DNA of 64,000 nucleotides from Candidatus Omnitrophota bacterium (GCA_043820815.1 JBDRDJ010000011.1:4808-68807), one strand, 5' to 3'. Shown: positions 34,554-44,413, counted from the first letter of the stretch. Numbers and translations: made by a program. Notes: a model not told the origin generated them from the letters alone.

Positions 34554-36080
34554 ATGAAAATTTTACTGATAAACTCAAATAGGTTCAAGCAGCCGTGGCC
34601 AGTGGTGCCTTTTGGGCTTTGTTGTGTCGCCGCGTCTTTGGAGAAAGCTAACCATTCGGTAGAAGTCCTTGATTTATGTTTTTCCAAGAATTGCAGAAAA
34701 GATATTAAAAAAGCCATAGATTACTTTAATCCTGATATTATTGGAATAAGCATAAGAAATATCGATATAGGTTCTTGTTTTAACAGTATTTTTCTTCTTG
34801 ATAATACAAAAAAAGAAGTTGTTGCGCATTGCAAAGAGTTTTTTCAAGCACCTATTGTTATCGGCGGCCCGGCGGTTGGCATAAGCGGGCCCGAGATGCT
34901 TGATTTTTTTGATTTAGAATATGCGGTTTGCGGAGACGGCGAGGTAGCAATGGTTGAATTTGCAAACCGCATTGAGAGAAAAAGTCCTTTAGAGGGCCTT
35001 CATGGGTTGATAATCCGAAAAAACGGAAAAATTATTCAAGAACCCAGCCCTTTTATGGTATCTGATTTGGACACTCTTCCTATACCAAGGGTTAATAAAT
35101 ACATTGATGTGCAAAAATACGCTCGCTTTGATTCACCCATACAAATTCAGGCAAAAAGGGGGTGCGCCCTCAGGTGTTTATATTGCGTATATAATAAGAT
35201 CGAAGGACGTGATTACCGTTTTCGTTCCCCCAATATAATAGCAGATGAGATCGAGATTTTAGTAAAGGAAACAGGCATAAATCACATTGAATTTACCGAT
35301 AGCGCTTTTAACGTGCCCATTGATCACGCAAAAAATGTTTTAAAGGCGATTATCAGGAAGAAGCTAAATCTAAGGCTGCGTACATTAGGGCTTAACCCGG
35401 GGGCCGTAGACGAGGAACTTGTTGATTTAATGAAGGAAGCGGGTTTTGAGGAGGTTGATTTAAGCGCCGAGTCTTTGTGTGATGAAACCCTGAAAGGATT
35501 AGGCAAGAATTATGTAAAAAGCGACGTTATTAGAGCAGGGCGCCTCTTGAGCGAGAAGAATATTTTTATAACGTGGTATTTTCTCCTAGGCGCGCCCAAT
35601 GAAACCGAGCAGTCCTTAAAAGAAACGATAAATAGCGCGGTTGATACAGCTTTCGGGCGGGACCTGATTAATTTCTGTATCGGAATACGTTTATACAAAG
35701 GCTCACCTTTGGCAGATGAAGCCTATAAAGAAAATCCTTCAATAACTAAAGATAATTTCCTTCATCTTGTGAGATTAGAGCCGGATAAAATAAGTTTACA
35801 GGAAATAAGGCAACATGTTAAGCGTTTGAGCTTCCGTTATGCTAATATCTATGTAAACGATGAGGACGAAACAACACCCGCGTTTGTGCTTATGCTCGGG
35901 ACAAAACTTTTTAAGATTTTCGGCATAAAGCGCCCTGTATGGACATGGTTTATTATACTTCGCAAAATTGAGACGGCGCTGGGTATAAGGGCGGTTAAGA
36001 AGTGGGTGTGGGAGAGGAAAAATAAGAAGTTTCCCAAACCTTTACTAAAGCGGGAAGCTGGCCAGGCGCAGGTAAGATAG
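34554..36080 (+). CDS. B12-binding domain radical SAM enzyme (class B), copy 1
   Basis: N-terminal MKILLINSN...FGLCCVAASL B12-binding-type domain. Canonical CALRCLYC (Cx3Cx2C) cluster motif. I prefer the ATG at 34554. Confidence 0.8.
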   Translation: MKILLINSNRFKQPWPVVPFGLCCVAASLEKANHSVEVLDLCFSKNCRKDIKKAIDYFNPDIIGISIRNIDIGSCFNSIFLLDNTKKEVVAHCKEFFQAPIVIGGPAVGISGPEMLDFFDLEYAVCGDGEVAMVEFANRIERKSPLEGLHGLIIRKNGKIIQEPSPFMVSDLDTLPIPRVNKYIDVQKYARFDSPIQIQAKRGCALRCLYCVYNKIEGRDYRFRSPNIIADEIEILVKETGINHIEFTDSAFNVPIDHAKNVLKAIIRKKLNLRLRTLGLNPGAVDEELVDLMKEAGFEEVDLSAESLCDETLKGLGKNYVKSDVIRAGRLLSEKNIFITWYFLLGAPNETEQSLKETINSAVDTAFGRDLINFCIGIRLYKGSPLADEAYKENPSITKDNFLHLVRLEPDKISLQEIRQHVKRLSFRYANIYVNDEDETTPAFVLMLGTKLFKIFGIKRPVWTWFIILRKIETALGIRAVKKWVWERKNKKFPKPLLKREAGQAQVR

Positions 36081-36150
36081 TTTTCATTGACAATGAGAAC
36101 TTTAGCTGATATTATTTCATTTAGAACGAGTATAAATAAGGCGGTATTTT

Positions 36151-37419
36151 ATGCAAAAATCCTTGTTAAAAGAGGTCATCTTAGAACAAGAAAAGAGCCG
36201 TAAGGAAATTGATCTTGGTGTAGAAAGGTCAACTTTGGATATAATATCAAAGTATATATCTTTATCTCACGCTGTTGTTATCTCCGGGATACGGCGCTGC
36301 GGTAAATCAACGCTGCTTAACCAGATAATAAATAACTTCTACGAAAAAGGGGTCTATTACCTTAATTTTGAAGATGAGCGGCTTGTAAATTTCGGAGTTA
36401 GCGATTTTAACAATCTTTACGAGACATTCTTAGAGCTTTATGGAGAGAGAAATATCTTCTTTTTTGATGAGATACAGAATGTGTCAAAATGGGAGGTATT
36501 CGTAAGGAGGATCCAGGATAAGGGGGGTAAGTTTTTTTTAACCGGCTCTAACGCTTCGCTTCTAAGCAGAGAACTTGGCACAAAATTAACGGGACGGTGC
36601 GCAAATATAGAAATTTATCCATTTTCTTTCAAAGAATTTCTCCTTTTTAAAGGCTGCAAATTTCAAAAGAACGCCCTATTCCATACCGCCCAGAGGGCTA
36701 ATATAAAGAAATACTTTGCACAATATTTAGAGCATGGCGGCATGCCGGAGTATTTAAAATATAAAGACAAGACACTTCTAAAGCGCGTTTACGAAGATAT
36801 ATTGTACCGGGATATCGTAGCAAGATATGATATCAAGCAGGTTAAGGCCTTGCGGGAGTTAGGGCTGTATCTTTTAAGCAATATCGGAGGCCTCTTTTCA
36901 TACAACAACCTTAAGAAGATATTGGGGCTTGGAAGCATGAATACCATAAAAAGATACGCGGATTTTATGGAGAATAGCTTCTTAATATTTCTGATAAACA
37001 AATTCTCATATTCGTTAAAACAACAATTTATAGCAAATAAGAAAATCTATTGCATAGATAACGGCCTGGCAGAGTCAGTCGCTTTTCAGTTTTCAAAAAA
37101 TAAAGGAAAATTTTTGGAGAATTTGGTGTTCCTTGAGCTTAAACGCAGGTTCCCGGAGATTTATTATTATAAAACCTCTAATAATTTAGAGGTAGACTTT
37201 TTGGTAAAAAGCGGCGAGAAAAATATCGCTCTTATTCAGGTAGCGGACAACTTGGATAACGAAAAGACAAGGCAAAGGGAAATAAATTCACTTAAGTACG
37301 CCATGGATGAGCTTAAACTAAAAAAAGCCCTTATTCTTACTGCAGATCACGAAGAAGAAATAAAGTTGAAAAGAAAAGTTATCTCAGTGGTGCCTATCTA
37401 TAAGTGGCTTATGCAATAA
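36151..37419 (+). CDS. AAA_14-type ATPase with DUF4143 / PD-(D/E)XK-like domain (copy 2)
   Basis: GIRRCGKST, FFFDEIQN, C-terminal LEVDFLVKSGE...ALIQV. It has its own promoter TTGACA-17-TGaTATTAT at 36087-36115. Confidence 0.8.
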   Translation: MQKSLLKEVILEQEKSRKEIDLGVERSTLDIISKYISLSHAVVISGIRRCGKSTLLNQIINNFYEKGVYYLNFEDERLVNFGVSDFNNLYETFLELYGERNIFFFDEIQNVSKWEVFVRRIQDKGGKFFLTGSNASLLSRELGTKLTGRCANIEIYPFSFKEFLLFKGCKFQKNALFHTAQRANIKKYFAQYLEHGGMPEYLKYKDKTLLKRVYEDILYRDIVARYDIKQVKALRELGLYLLSNIGGLFSYNNLKKILGLGSMNTIKRYADFMENSFLIFLINKFSYSLKQQFIANKKIYCIDNGLAESVAFQFSKNKGKFLENLVFLELKRRFPEIYYYKTSNNLEVDFLVKSGEKNIALIQVADNLDNEKTRQREINSLKYAMDELKLKKALILTADHEEEIKLKRKVISVVPIYKWLMQ

Positions 37420-37512
37420 TTTTTAAGATGCGCTTAAGGTTTTAGGGGATATCTGATGTTACGATGTTCATCGTAACGAACTTCATCGTAATAAAAAAAT
37501 TGGAAGCTTGAT

Positions 37513-38208
37513 ATGAAGAGAAAATTTATTGATAAAGAGGTAATTGAGAGCATTGGTGAAGTCTTAGTATACGATAAGATGCTTAAGACATACCATTTCT
37601 GGATGTGCCGGCCTCAAATTAATACTGTTTTAAGAATTGCAAAGAAAATTCAAAGCCAAAAGCAGGCAGAGGGGGGGGTATCTATTCTAGACATCGGCTG
37701 CGGCACGGCAAGGATTCCAATAACAGTTGCTAAAAAGTTGATAGATTGCAATGTTACGGCTGTTGATCTTTCTCAAAATATGCTGGAAGTTGCCAAAAAT
37801 GACACAAAAGAAGCGGGAATTTCAGACAGAATTGATTTTAAGCTCTCAGACGGCAGTAAGCTTGATTTTGCCGATAACTCTTTTGATATTGTCATGTGTT
37901 CGAATATGCTTCACCACCAAAAGGAACCGGTTAAATTATTAAAAGAGATGAAACGCATGGTAAAAGGAAACGGGGCAGTTTTTGTATTTGATCTTCTAAG
38001 GCCATTCTCAAAATGGATTATAGAGTTTTATGTTGCGGTAGTGGGCATTCCTTACAATAAAGCGCAAAAACAAAGTTACCGTGAGTCGCTTTACAGTTCT
38101 TTTTCTTTAAAAGAAATTAAAGATGCACTTCAGAGTGCAGGATTAAAAGGAGCCATGATTTCTGCACATTTTCCGCATTTTTTAAAATTATTATGGACAC
38201 ATAATTAG
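37513..38208 (+). CDS. Class I SAM-dependent methyltransferase (paralog 1)
   Basis: Motif I ILDIGCGTARI, then acidic VTAVDLS, then post-I/II FDIVMCSNMLHH. Confidence 0.8.
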   Translation: MKRKFIDKEVIESIGEVLVYDKMLKTYHFWMCRPQINTVLRIAKKIQSQKQAEGGVSILDIGCGTARIPITVAKKLIDCNVTAVDLSQNMLEVAKNDTKEAGISDRIDFKLSDGSKLDFADNSFDIVMCSNMLHHQKEPVKLLKEMKRMVKGNGAVFVFDLLRPFSKWIIEFYVAVVGIPYNKAQKQSYRESLYSSFSLKEIKDALQSAGLKGAMISAHFPHFLKLLWTHN

Positions 38209-38256
38209 GGGACGTTCTTAACTATTGTGGAAACATGTTTTTAGAAAGTTACCCTA

Positions 38257-38285
38257 TTGACAACCGTTTCCTGCCGGTTTAGAAT
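38257..38285 (+). promoter_or_regulatory. abiE promoter (TTGACA, 17 nt, TAGAAT)
   Basis: TTGACA at 38257-38262 and TAGAAT at 38280-38285. A perfect palindrome follows immediately. Confidence 0.5.
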
Positions 38286-38287
38286 AT

Positions 38288-38325
38288 ATTTCGTATAAGT
38301 GCTATTATTAGCACTTATACGAAAT
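38288..38325. promoter_or_regulatory. Perfect 17-bp inverted repeat, candidate AbiEi operator
   Basis: ATTTCGTATAAGTGCTA (38288-38304), TTAT, TAGCACTTATACGAAAT (38309-38325). It lies between the -10 box and the abiEi start. Confidence 0.5.
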
Positions 38326-38352
38326 AGTAACCAGATTAAATTATAAATCACA

Positions 38353-38964
38353 ATGCAGTATATTCGATTAAAAGAGTACCTAAAAGATTTTACGGTGTTT
38401 TCGCTTGGCGACATCAAAAAGCTTGATAGGGATTTTCACCGCAGGAGGCTAAATGAATGGCAGGATAAAGGCTATATAAATAAGGTGGTTAAGGGTTACT
38501 ATATTTTTTCTGACTTAGAGCTCAATGAAAATATTCTTTTTGAGATTGCAAACCGGATATACGCGCCTTCGTATATTTCTTTTGAAATGGCGCTTTCTTA
38601 TTATCATTTAATTCCTGAGAGCGTATATCATATAACTTCTGCAACATCACGCAGGACATATAAGTTTGCAACCAAAATAGGAAGTTTTAACTATAGAACC
38701 GTTAACCCTAAGATTTTCTTCGGGTATGATATTATTAGCCATGGCGGGAAACATTTTAAAATAGCAAGTATTGAAAAGGCGGTAATTGACTATTTTTACC
38801 TCAATCCGCAGATAAAAGAAGAAAAGGATTTTAGCAGTCTTCGTTTTGGTAAAAAAGTTTTTTTAAAGAAGGCTAACCATAAGAAATTGAAAGCTTTTCT
38901 TAAGAGAATAGGCAAGAAGAGCTTGTCAGAAAGGTTAGCATCGTTTCTTGATTCTTTAAATTAA
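38353..38964 (+). CDS. abiEi: AbiEi-family antitoxin / transcriptional regulator (type IV TA)
   Basis: N-terminal wHTH-like region LKEYLKDFTVFSLGDIKKL...LNEWQDKGYINKVVKGYYIF is typical of AbiEi_4-type proteins. It is paired with an AbiEii gene. Confidence 0.7.
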   Translation: MQYIRLKEYLKDFTVFSLGDIKKLDRDFHRRRLNEWQDKGYINKVVKGYYIFSDLELNENILFEIANRIYAPSYISFEMALSYYHLIPESVYHITSATSRRTYKFATKIGSFNYRTVNPKIFFGYDIISHGGKHFKIASIEKAVIDYFYLNPQIKEEKDFSSLRFGKKVFLKKANHKKLKAFLKRIGKKSLSERLASFLDSLN

Positions 38965-38976
38965 AGGATTTTTAAT

Positions 38977-39753
38977 ATGCTTGATATTAACCAGATAATT
39001 TCTTTCTACCCCAAACATCTAAGGTCTTTTAAGCTGAATATCCTTCGTGAATACCTTCAGTATAAGATTTTAGAGATTGTGTTTGACTCAGAGGAAGGTA
39101 ATAAATTAGCTTTTATGGGCGGGACTGCAGCCCACATAATACATTCAAACAGCCGGTTTTCCCAAGATTTAGATTTTGATAATCTCGGCTTGAGCAGGAA
39201 AAGTTTTATTAAAATGAGCGAATTAATAAAAAAAAAGCTTAAACTTCAAGGCTATAACTGCGAAATTAAGAATGTTTTTAAAGGCGCTCTTCGCAGTTAT
39301 ATTAGAATTTCCGATATTCTTTTTAAAAGCGGTTTATCCGGGCACAAAGAAGAAAAATTGCTGATTAACCTTGATGTGGAAGCGCAGGGTTTCGATTACC
39401 TCCCTGATAAAATAATTTTAAATAAATTTGATGTTTTTCTATATATCAATGTTGTTCCTCAGGATATTCTGCTTTCTCAGAAGATATTATGCATTTTTAA
39501 TCGTAAACGCCCTATGGGAAGGGATTTCTACGATACGGTATTTCTTTTGGGCAAAACCAAACCCAATATGAATTATTTAAGGTCAAAATTAGGCATAAAG
39601 GACAAAAGGGGTTTGAAAAAGAAATTGGGTTTAAGAATTAAGAGTATGGACTTTAAAGCCTTGGCACGGGATGCCGAGCCGTTTTTATTCGCAGGCGGTG
39701 ATTGCAAAAAAGTTTTATTATTCAGTGAGTATATAAAGAATTATGAATTTTGA
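38977..39753 (+). CDS. abiEii: AbiEii/AbiGii-family nucleotidyltransferase toxin
   Basis: LAFMGGTA...FSQDLDFD nucleotidyltransferase motif, a later GRDFYD block, and about 258 aa. It lies immediately downstream of abiEi. Confidence 0.75.
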   Translation: MLDINQIISFYPKHLRSFKLNILREYLQYKILEIVFDSEEGNKLAFMGGTAAHIIHSNSRFSQDLDFDNLGLSRKSFIKMSELIKKKLKLQGYNCEIKNVFKGALRSYIRISDILFKSGLSGHKEEKLLINLDVEAQGFDYLPDKIILNKFDVFLYINVVPQDILLSQKILCIFNRKRPMGRDFYDTVFLLGKTKPNMNYLRSKLGIKDKRGLKKKLGLRIKSMDFKALARDAEPFLFAGGDCKKVLLFSEYIKNYEF

Positions 39754-39884
39754 AGAGCCGGCAAGATAATATTGTGTAGAAAGATACAGGGCTTTAAAAG
39801 GCATAACAGGAGTTACAAGGATATCAAGGCAATGTGATATAAAGGCTAAAAAAGGGCAATAAGGATAGAAAGGGCAGAAGGGGT

Positions 39885-40577
39885 ATGGAAAGAAAATTTA
39901 CTGAAGAAGAGGGGCTTGATACAAAAGAAGTGGCAGAGGCTTACAGCAGGCTTCAGAAAATATACCATTTCTGGATATGCCGGCCTCAAATTAATACTGT
40001 TTTAAGAATTGCAAAGAAAATTCAAAGCCAAAAGCAGGCAGAGGGGGGGGTATCTATCTTAGATATCGGCTGCGGCCCGGGACAAATACCCATTGATATT
40101 GCAAAGAGGCTGGCAGATTGTAAGGTTACGGCAGTTGATATATCTTCCAACATGCTTGAAGTAGCAAGAAATAACGCAAAAGTTGCAGGGGTTTTAGATA
40201 GAGTAAGTTTTAAGCTTGCCGACGGCAACAAACTTGGTTTTGCCGATAACTCATTTGATATTGTTATGTGTTCGAATATGCTTCACCACCAGAAGAATCC
40301 TTATGCGCTTTTAAGCGAGATGAAAAGGACTGTTAATAAAGGCGGTGTAATAGTTATCGTAGATATAGTCCGTCCGCCTTCAAGGTTTATTGTGAATATG
40401 TTAGCGGCAGCACTAGGTTTTTGGCAGACAAAGATAATGAAGGAAGATTATCGAGCATCGTTTTATAGTGCTTTTTCAATTGAAGAGTTTAAAGGCATGC
40501 TGGAGAGTGCAGGTTTACAAAATTCTATATTTCGGAAGTTTTTCCCCTATTCTGTAATTATTGTAAATGGAAAATAA
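39885..40577 (+). CDS. Class I SAM-dependent methyltransferase (paralog 2)
   Basis: ILDIGCGPGQI, VTAVDIS, FDIVMCSNMLHH. It shares a 94/95-nt tract with paralog 1. Confidence 0.8.
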   Translation: MERKFTEEEGLDTKEVAEAYSRLQKIYHFWICRPQINTVLRIAKKIQSQKQAEGGVSILDIGCGPGQIPIDIAKRLADCKVTAVDISSNMLEVARNNAKVAGVLDRVSFKLADGNKLGFADNSFDIVMCSNMLHHQKNPYALLSEMKRTVNKGGVIVIVDIVRPPSRFIVNMLAAALGFWQTKIMKEDYRASFYSAFSIEEFKGMLESAGLQNSIFRKFFPYSVIIVNGK

Positions 40578-40590
40578 TCAGGGGTCCCAA

Positions 40591-41013
40591 ATGAATAAAA
40601 ATAGAAAATTTTTATTTGCCTGGTTTTTAAGCGGGGCGGCTGTTAATCTTACCGAGCTTTGTGTTTGGACGCTCTTTAAAGGGGTATATCAAATTCCCCC
40701 GCATATATTTAAACAGCCTTTATTGGGATTAACTTGCCCTTTTTTATTTAAATCGGCAATATACAATTTCATAATTTGCGCTTTGTTTGTTTTTATATAT
40801 ACCTACGTTTCCAATGTAATTCCTTTTAAAGGGCTGGGCAAGGGTTTGGTGTTTGGATTATTTTTGTGGCTTTTAGCTTGGATTGTGCCTTTCTTTCATA
40901 TCGCACTGTGTATAGATATCTCAAGGGCAGTTCAAATTTACTGGACATTGCTTAACTTAATCGTTTTAATATCGAGCGGGTTAATTATTGCCGCAATTTA
41001 CGAAAGAGGATAA
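40591..41013 (+). CDS. Small integral membrane protein, unknown function (about 4 TM)
   Basis: Four hydrophobic segments and no recognisable motif. The start at 40591 (MNKNRKF) is preferred, but 40567 is possible. Confidence 0.5.
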   Translation: MNKNRKFLFAWFLSGAAVNLTELCVWTLFKGVYQIPPHIFKQPLLGLTCPFLFKSAIYNFIICALFVFIYTYVSNVIPFKGLGKGLVFGLFLWLLAWIVPFFHIALCIDISRAVQIYWTLLNLIVLISSGLIIAAIYERG

Positions 41014-41019
41014 AGTGTA

Positions 41020-42612
41020 ATGGCAGGTTTAAGAAATATTTTCGCTAAATTTTATTTACAAGAAATAAAACGCCTTAAATTGCCCAGAGATCTGATAATG
41101 TGCGCGGTTAAAAGAAACGGCGATAAAATCGCAGTTATTGACCGAGAAAGAGAGATTAACTATAGAGAATTATACGCGAGGTCTAAAAAATTAGCCAATT
41201 CTTTAAAAAATCTGGGGATAAAAAAGGGCGATAAGCTTGCGGTTTTATTATATAACTGCAGGGAGTATTTTGAGATAAGAATAGCGGCATATCTTACGGG
41301 AATAATTCTTGTTCCCATTGTTTGGGATTTAAACTTAGATAATATAAAGTTTATTCTTAACAACTGTCATGCAAAAGCTTTAATTTATCACCCCGAAATA
41401 TTAGGAAGCAATATATCACATCTAAAACAGGAAACAAAAGTTGAATATTTTATCCCTGTATCGCCAAAGCAGTCAGACGATTGTTATGAAACGTTAGTTT
41501 CTAAAGGCAAAACTTCCGATCCTGAAGCTGTGCTTAACAGAGATGATTTAGCCTCGATAAATTTCTCATCAGGCACAACCGGCCGGCCAAAGGGCGTGAT
41601 TCTTACACAAAACAGCTGGATGAACAGTTTTTACAACTTTGTTTTAAATTCAACCAAGGGGAAAGAAGATAATTTAACCTTGCTTCATATTTTATCTCTG
41701 GCAACTGCGGGAGGAGTGGCATTTTTGCCGGCATTCTTTTTAGGTTTTAAAAATATTTTTTTAGAAAAGTTCGATACAGAAAAAACAGTCAGCATTATTA
41801 TAAACCATAAAGTTAACGGCCTTTTCTTAACCCCCAGCCTTTTCATAAGTATTTTTGATTACTGCAAAAGCCGCAATATTAAACCGCCTTTAACAAATAT
41901 CGTCTTAGCCTCAGAGGCTATGCCTGAAAGTAAATTTAAGGAAGCTGTTGAATCTTTCGGCCCCATAATCAGGCATGGTTACGGAATGGTCGAGATTTTG
42001 CCGCCTTTGACTTTGATTTTTTCTAAGGATTATATGATAAACAATAACCGGCAAATCGATTCAAAGAAATTTCTTTCAGCAGGAAAGCCGCTAAAAGGGG
42101 TATGCGTTAAGATAGTAGATAAAGAAAACAAAGAATGTCAAAGTGGAGTAACAGGCAGGGTTATTGTAAAAAGCGCGACAATTTCCAAGGGTTACTTTAA
42201 TAACCCCGAATTGACCGCTAAGCATTACAAGGGCGGCTGGTTTTATACCAATGACTTTGGCTATAAGGATGAGCAGGGTTATATTTATATTATGGGCAGA
42301 AAAGAAGATATTGTAAAAGAGGCAGGCGGCAAACCTGTTTTTAGCCGTGAGATAGAGGAAGTATTGCATAAACACCCCGATGTCTTGTCAGCCTGTGTAT
42401 TTTGTCAAGATGAGGCAAAGGTTGTTGCCTGTGTTTTTCCAAGGGCAAATTCAAAGGCGCTCTCTCAAAAGGAACTTAGTAACTTTTGCAAGGAGAATCT
42501 TAAAGAGAGGGCTGTTCCCGATGAAATCTGCATTTTACCCAAAGTGATAGTGCGCGCAACCGGTAAACTTGACAGAAGCGCAATACAAAAAGAATACAGG
42601 GGACGTCCTTAA
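41020..42612 (+). CDS. AMP-dependent synthetase/ligase (acyl-CoA synthetase family)
   Basis: AMP-binding motif FSSGTTGRPKGV, then GYGMVE, then YTNDFGYKDEQGYIYIMGRKEDIVK and a terminal GKLDR. Confidence 0.88.
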   Translation: MAGLRNIFAKFYLQEIKRLKLPRDLIMCAVKRNGDKIAVIDREREINYRELYARSKKLANSLKNLGIKKGDKLAVLLYNCREYFEIRIAAYLTGIILVPIVWDLNLDNIKFILNNCHAKALIYHPEILGSNISHLKQETKVEYFIPVSPKQSDDCYETLVSKGKTSDPEAVLNRDDLASINFSSGTTGRPKGVILTQNSWMNSFYNFVLNSTKGKEDNLTLLHILSLATAGGVAFLPAFFLGFKNIFLEKFDTEKTVSIIINHKVNGLFLTPSLFISIFDYCKSRNIKPPLTNIVLASEAMPESKFKEAVESFGPIIRHGYGMVEILPPLTLIFSKDYMINNNRQIDSKKFLSAGKPLKGVCVKIVDKENKECQSGVTGRVIVKSATISKGYFNNPELTAKHYKGGWFYTNDFGYKDEQGYIYIMGRKEDIVKEAGGKPVFSREIEEVLHKHPDVLSACVFCQDEAKVVACVFPRANSKALSQKELSNFCKENLKERAVPDEICILPKVIVRATGKLDRSAIQKEYRGRP

Positions 42613-42971
42613 CTTTATTAACTTAGCGTTTATTCATAAAAGGATTCAAGGCTATAAAAGGCCGGGAAGGCAAAAAAGCTAGAAAGGGAAAGGGCAGTAA
42701 GATAGAAACTAATGATGTTATGATGTATTTGCCAACACTATAAAGGGTTAGTGTATAATTACTCAATACATTGAGATAATATATGGAATATTCACAACTT
42801 ACTTTGTATAAAAGAGATATAGCAAAAGAAATAAGTAATTACCTCTTGAGAAAGCGGCATGAGATTGGCGTATGAGGCTTCTAAGATATCTTCCTTTGAA
42901 TAAGTATGAAATATCTACTTTTTATCCTTGATGGAAGTATGAATAAATGAGATAATTATGCTGGAGGAGAA

Positions 42972-44264
42972 ATGGTTGCAAAAGATAAGTTAAAAGAGAT
43001 TATTCTTGCTAACAGGGATTTTATAGCCCGTGAGATTAATGGGCTGGCCAGAAGAGAAAATATCAATGCGCCCGAGAATACTAGAAAAATTGTTATATTT
43101 TATGGAGTAAGACGAAGCGGTAAAACGTTTATACTTTTTGACTTAATGAAAAGATATTTTCCTCAGGCCCTCTATATAGATTTTGAAGATGAGCGCCTAG
43201 GTGATTTTACAGGTAAAGACCTTGAAAATTTAAAAGATGCATTTTGTGAACTTTTCCCTGAATTGCTTGAAAAGAAGAAATATTTTTTCTTAGACGAGAT
43301 TCAAAATGTAAAAGGGTGGGAGAAATTTTGCCGCAGGGCAGTAGAAAGAGAAAATATAAGCATATTTACGGCTGATTCATCATCAAAAATTCATCCCTTA
43401 GAAATTCATACCTCACTCAGGGGAAGGCAATGGAGCATAGAAATTACCCCTTTTTCCTTTAGGGAGTATTTATCAGCGAATAACATTCCCCACACGAATG
43501 AATATTTGTTTGGCCCCAAGAAAATTATAGTGAAAAAGCATTTCTCTGGATATATGAAATGGGGAGGTTTTCCCGAAGTAGTATTATCAAGAAATGATTT
43601 CGACAAAAAGAAATTACTTAATGAATATATGCAGGCTATGTTCTTTAGAGATTTGGTAGAAAGGTTCGGGATGAATAACACGCATCTTTTGGATAGCCTG
43701 GCAGATAAATTATTTTCTTCATTTGCCTGCAAGTTTTCCATAAACGCTTTTTTCAAACAATATAAAAATAGATTTCCATTCTCTAAAGACAGTTTATACG
43801 AATATTACAAAAACTTTATTAAAAGTATGCTCATTTTTGAAGTAAAAATTTTTGCCGAATCAACGTATAAAAGGCAGAGAAATCCGGTTAAGATTTATGT
43901 GGCAGACCCCGGAATAGCCCGTAAAATAACTTCGCAGGATAGGGGGCGGGTTTTAGAAAACATCGTCTTTTTAGAATTGCGAAAAAACAGCTCGGATATA
44001 TTTTACTTTACTGGAAGAGGAGAATGCGATTTTGTGGCAAAGTCGGAAAAAGGCAGCTTTGCCTGCCAGGTCTGTTTTGAATTAAACGAAGAAAATAAAG
44101 AAAGAGAAATTCAGGGATTGTTGGAATGCTGCGGATTTTTAGGCGAAAAAAGAGGGGTAATCTTAACTCATGACCAGGAAGATAAAATAAAGGTAAATAA
44201 TATAGAAGTAATAATCCTTCCGGCCTGGAAATGGCTGTTGGCAAAAAACAAAATAAATGGCTGA
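42972..44264 (+). CDS. AAA_14-type ATPase with DUF4143 / PD-(D/E)XK-like domain (copy 3)
   Basis: GVRRSGKTF, FFLDEIQN, C-terminal GECDFVAKSEKG...CQVCFEL. Its stop overlaps the ATG of the radical-SAM 5' fragment (ATGGCTGA). Confidence 0.8.
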   Translation: MVAKDKLKEIILANRDFIAREINGLARRENINAPENTRKIVIFYGVRRSGKTFILFDLMKRYFPQALYIDFEDERLGDFTGKDLENLKDAFCELFPELLEKKKYFFLDEIQNVKGWEKFCRRAVERENISIFTADSSSKIHPLEIHTSLRGRQWSIEITPFSFREYLSANNIPHTNEYLFGPKKIIVKKHFSGYMKWGGFPEVVLSRNDFDKKKLLNEYMQAMFFRDLVERFGMNNTHLLDSLADKLFSSFACKFSINAFFKQYKNRFPFSKDSLYEYYKNFIKSMLIFEVKIFAESTYKRQRNPVKIYVADPGIARKITSQDRGRVLENIVFLELRKNSSDIFYFTGRGECDFVAKSEKGSFACQVCFELNEENKEREIQGLLECCGFLGEKRGVILTHDQEDKIKVNNIEVIILPAWKWLLAKNKING

Positions 44265-44327
44265 GATTTGGCTCTGGAATTCAATACCAACGCGTAAAAG
44301 GGCGCCTTCGGACGGGTTCTTGGAGAA
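44257..44327 (+). pseudogene. Orphan 5' fragment (71 nt) of a B12-radical SAM gene; duplicate of 45640-45710
   Basis: 66/71 nt identical to the start of the 45640 gene and encodes the identical MAEIWLWNSIPTRKRAPSDGFLE. Homology stops abruptly at 44328, where the promoter region of the next ATPase begins. Confidence 0.7.
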
Positions 44328-44413
44328 TGACCAGAATTTTTATATTATGCCAAAGTATAAAATGTTAGCTTTAAATTTATACTATGGTATAATATGTAAG
44401 AGGAAGGGTTTAG

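Noticed and set aside
38206-38226. 18-nt match AGGGGACGT(T/C)CTTAACT between the 3' end of MT paralog 1 and the 3' end of the ligase gene (42603-42620), as a possible recombination scar
   Set aside because: A single-mismatch 18-mer match is roughly what chance allows in 64 kb compared against itself, and similarity does not extend on either side.
42783-42866. 27-codon ORF (MEYSQLTLYKRDIAKEISNYLLRKRHEIGV) in the 359-nt spacer before ATPase 3, possibly the remnant of another ATPase 5' end
   Set aside because: It is too short and its similarity to ATPase N-termini too vague to support. It has no SD.
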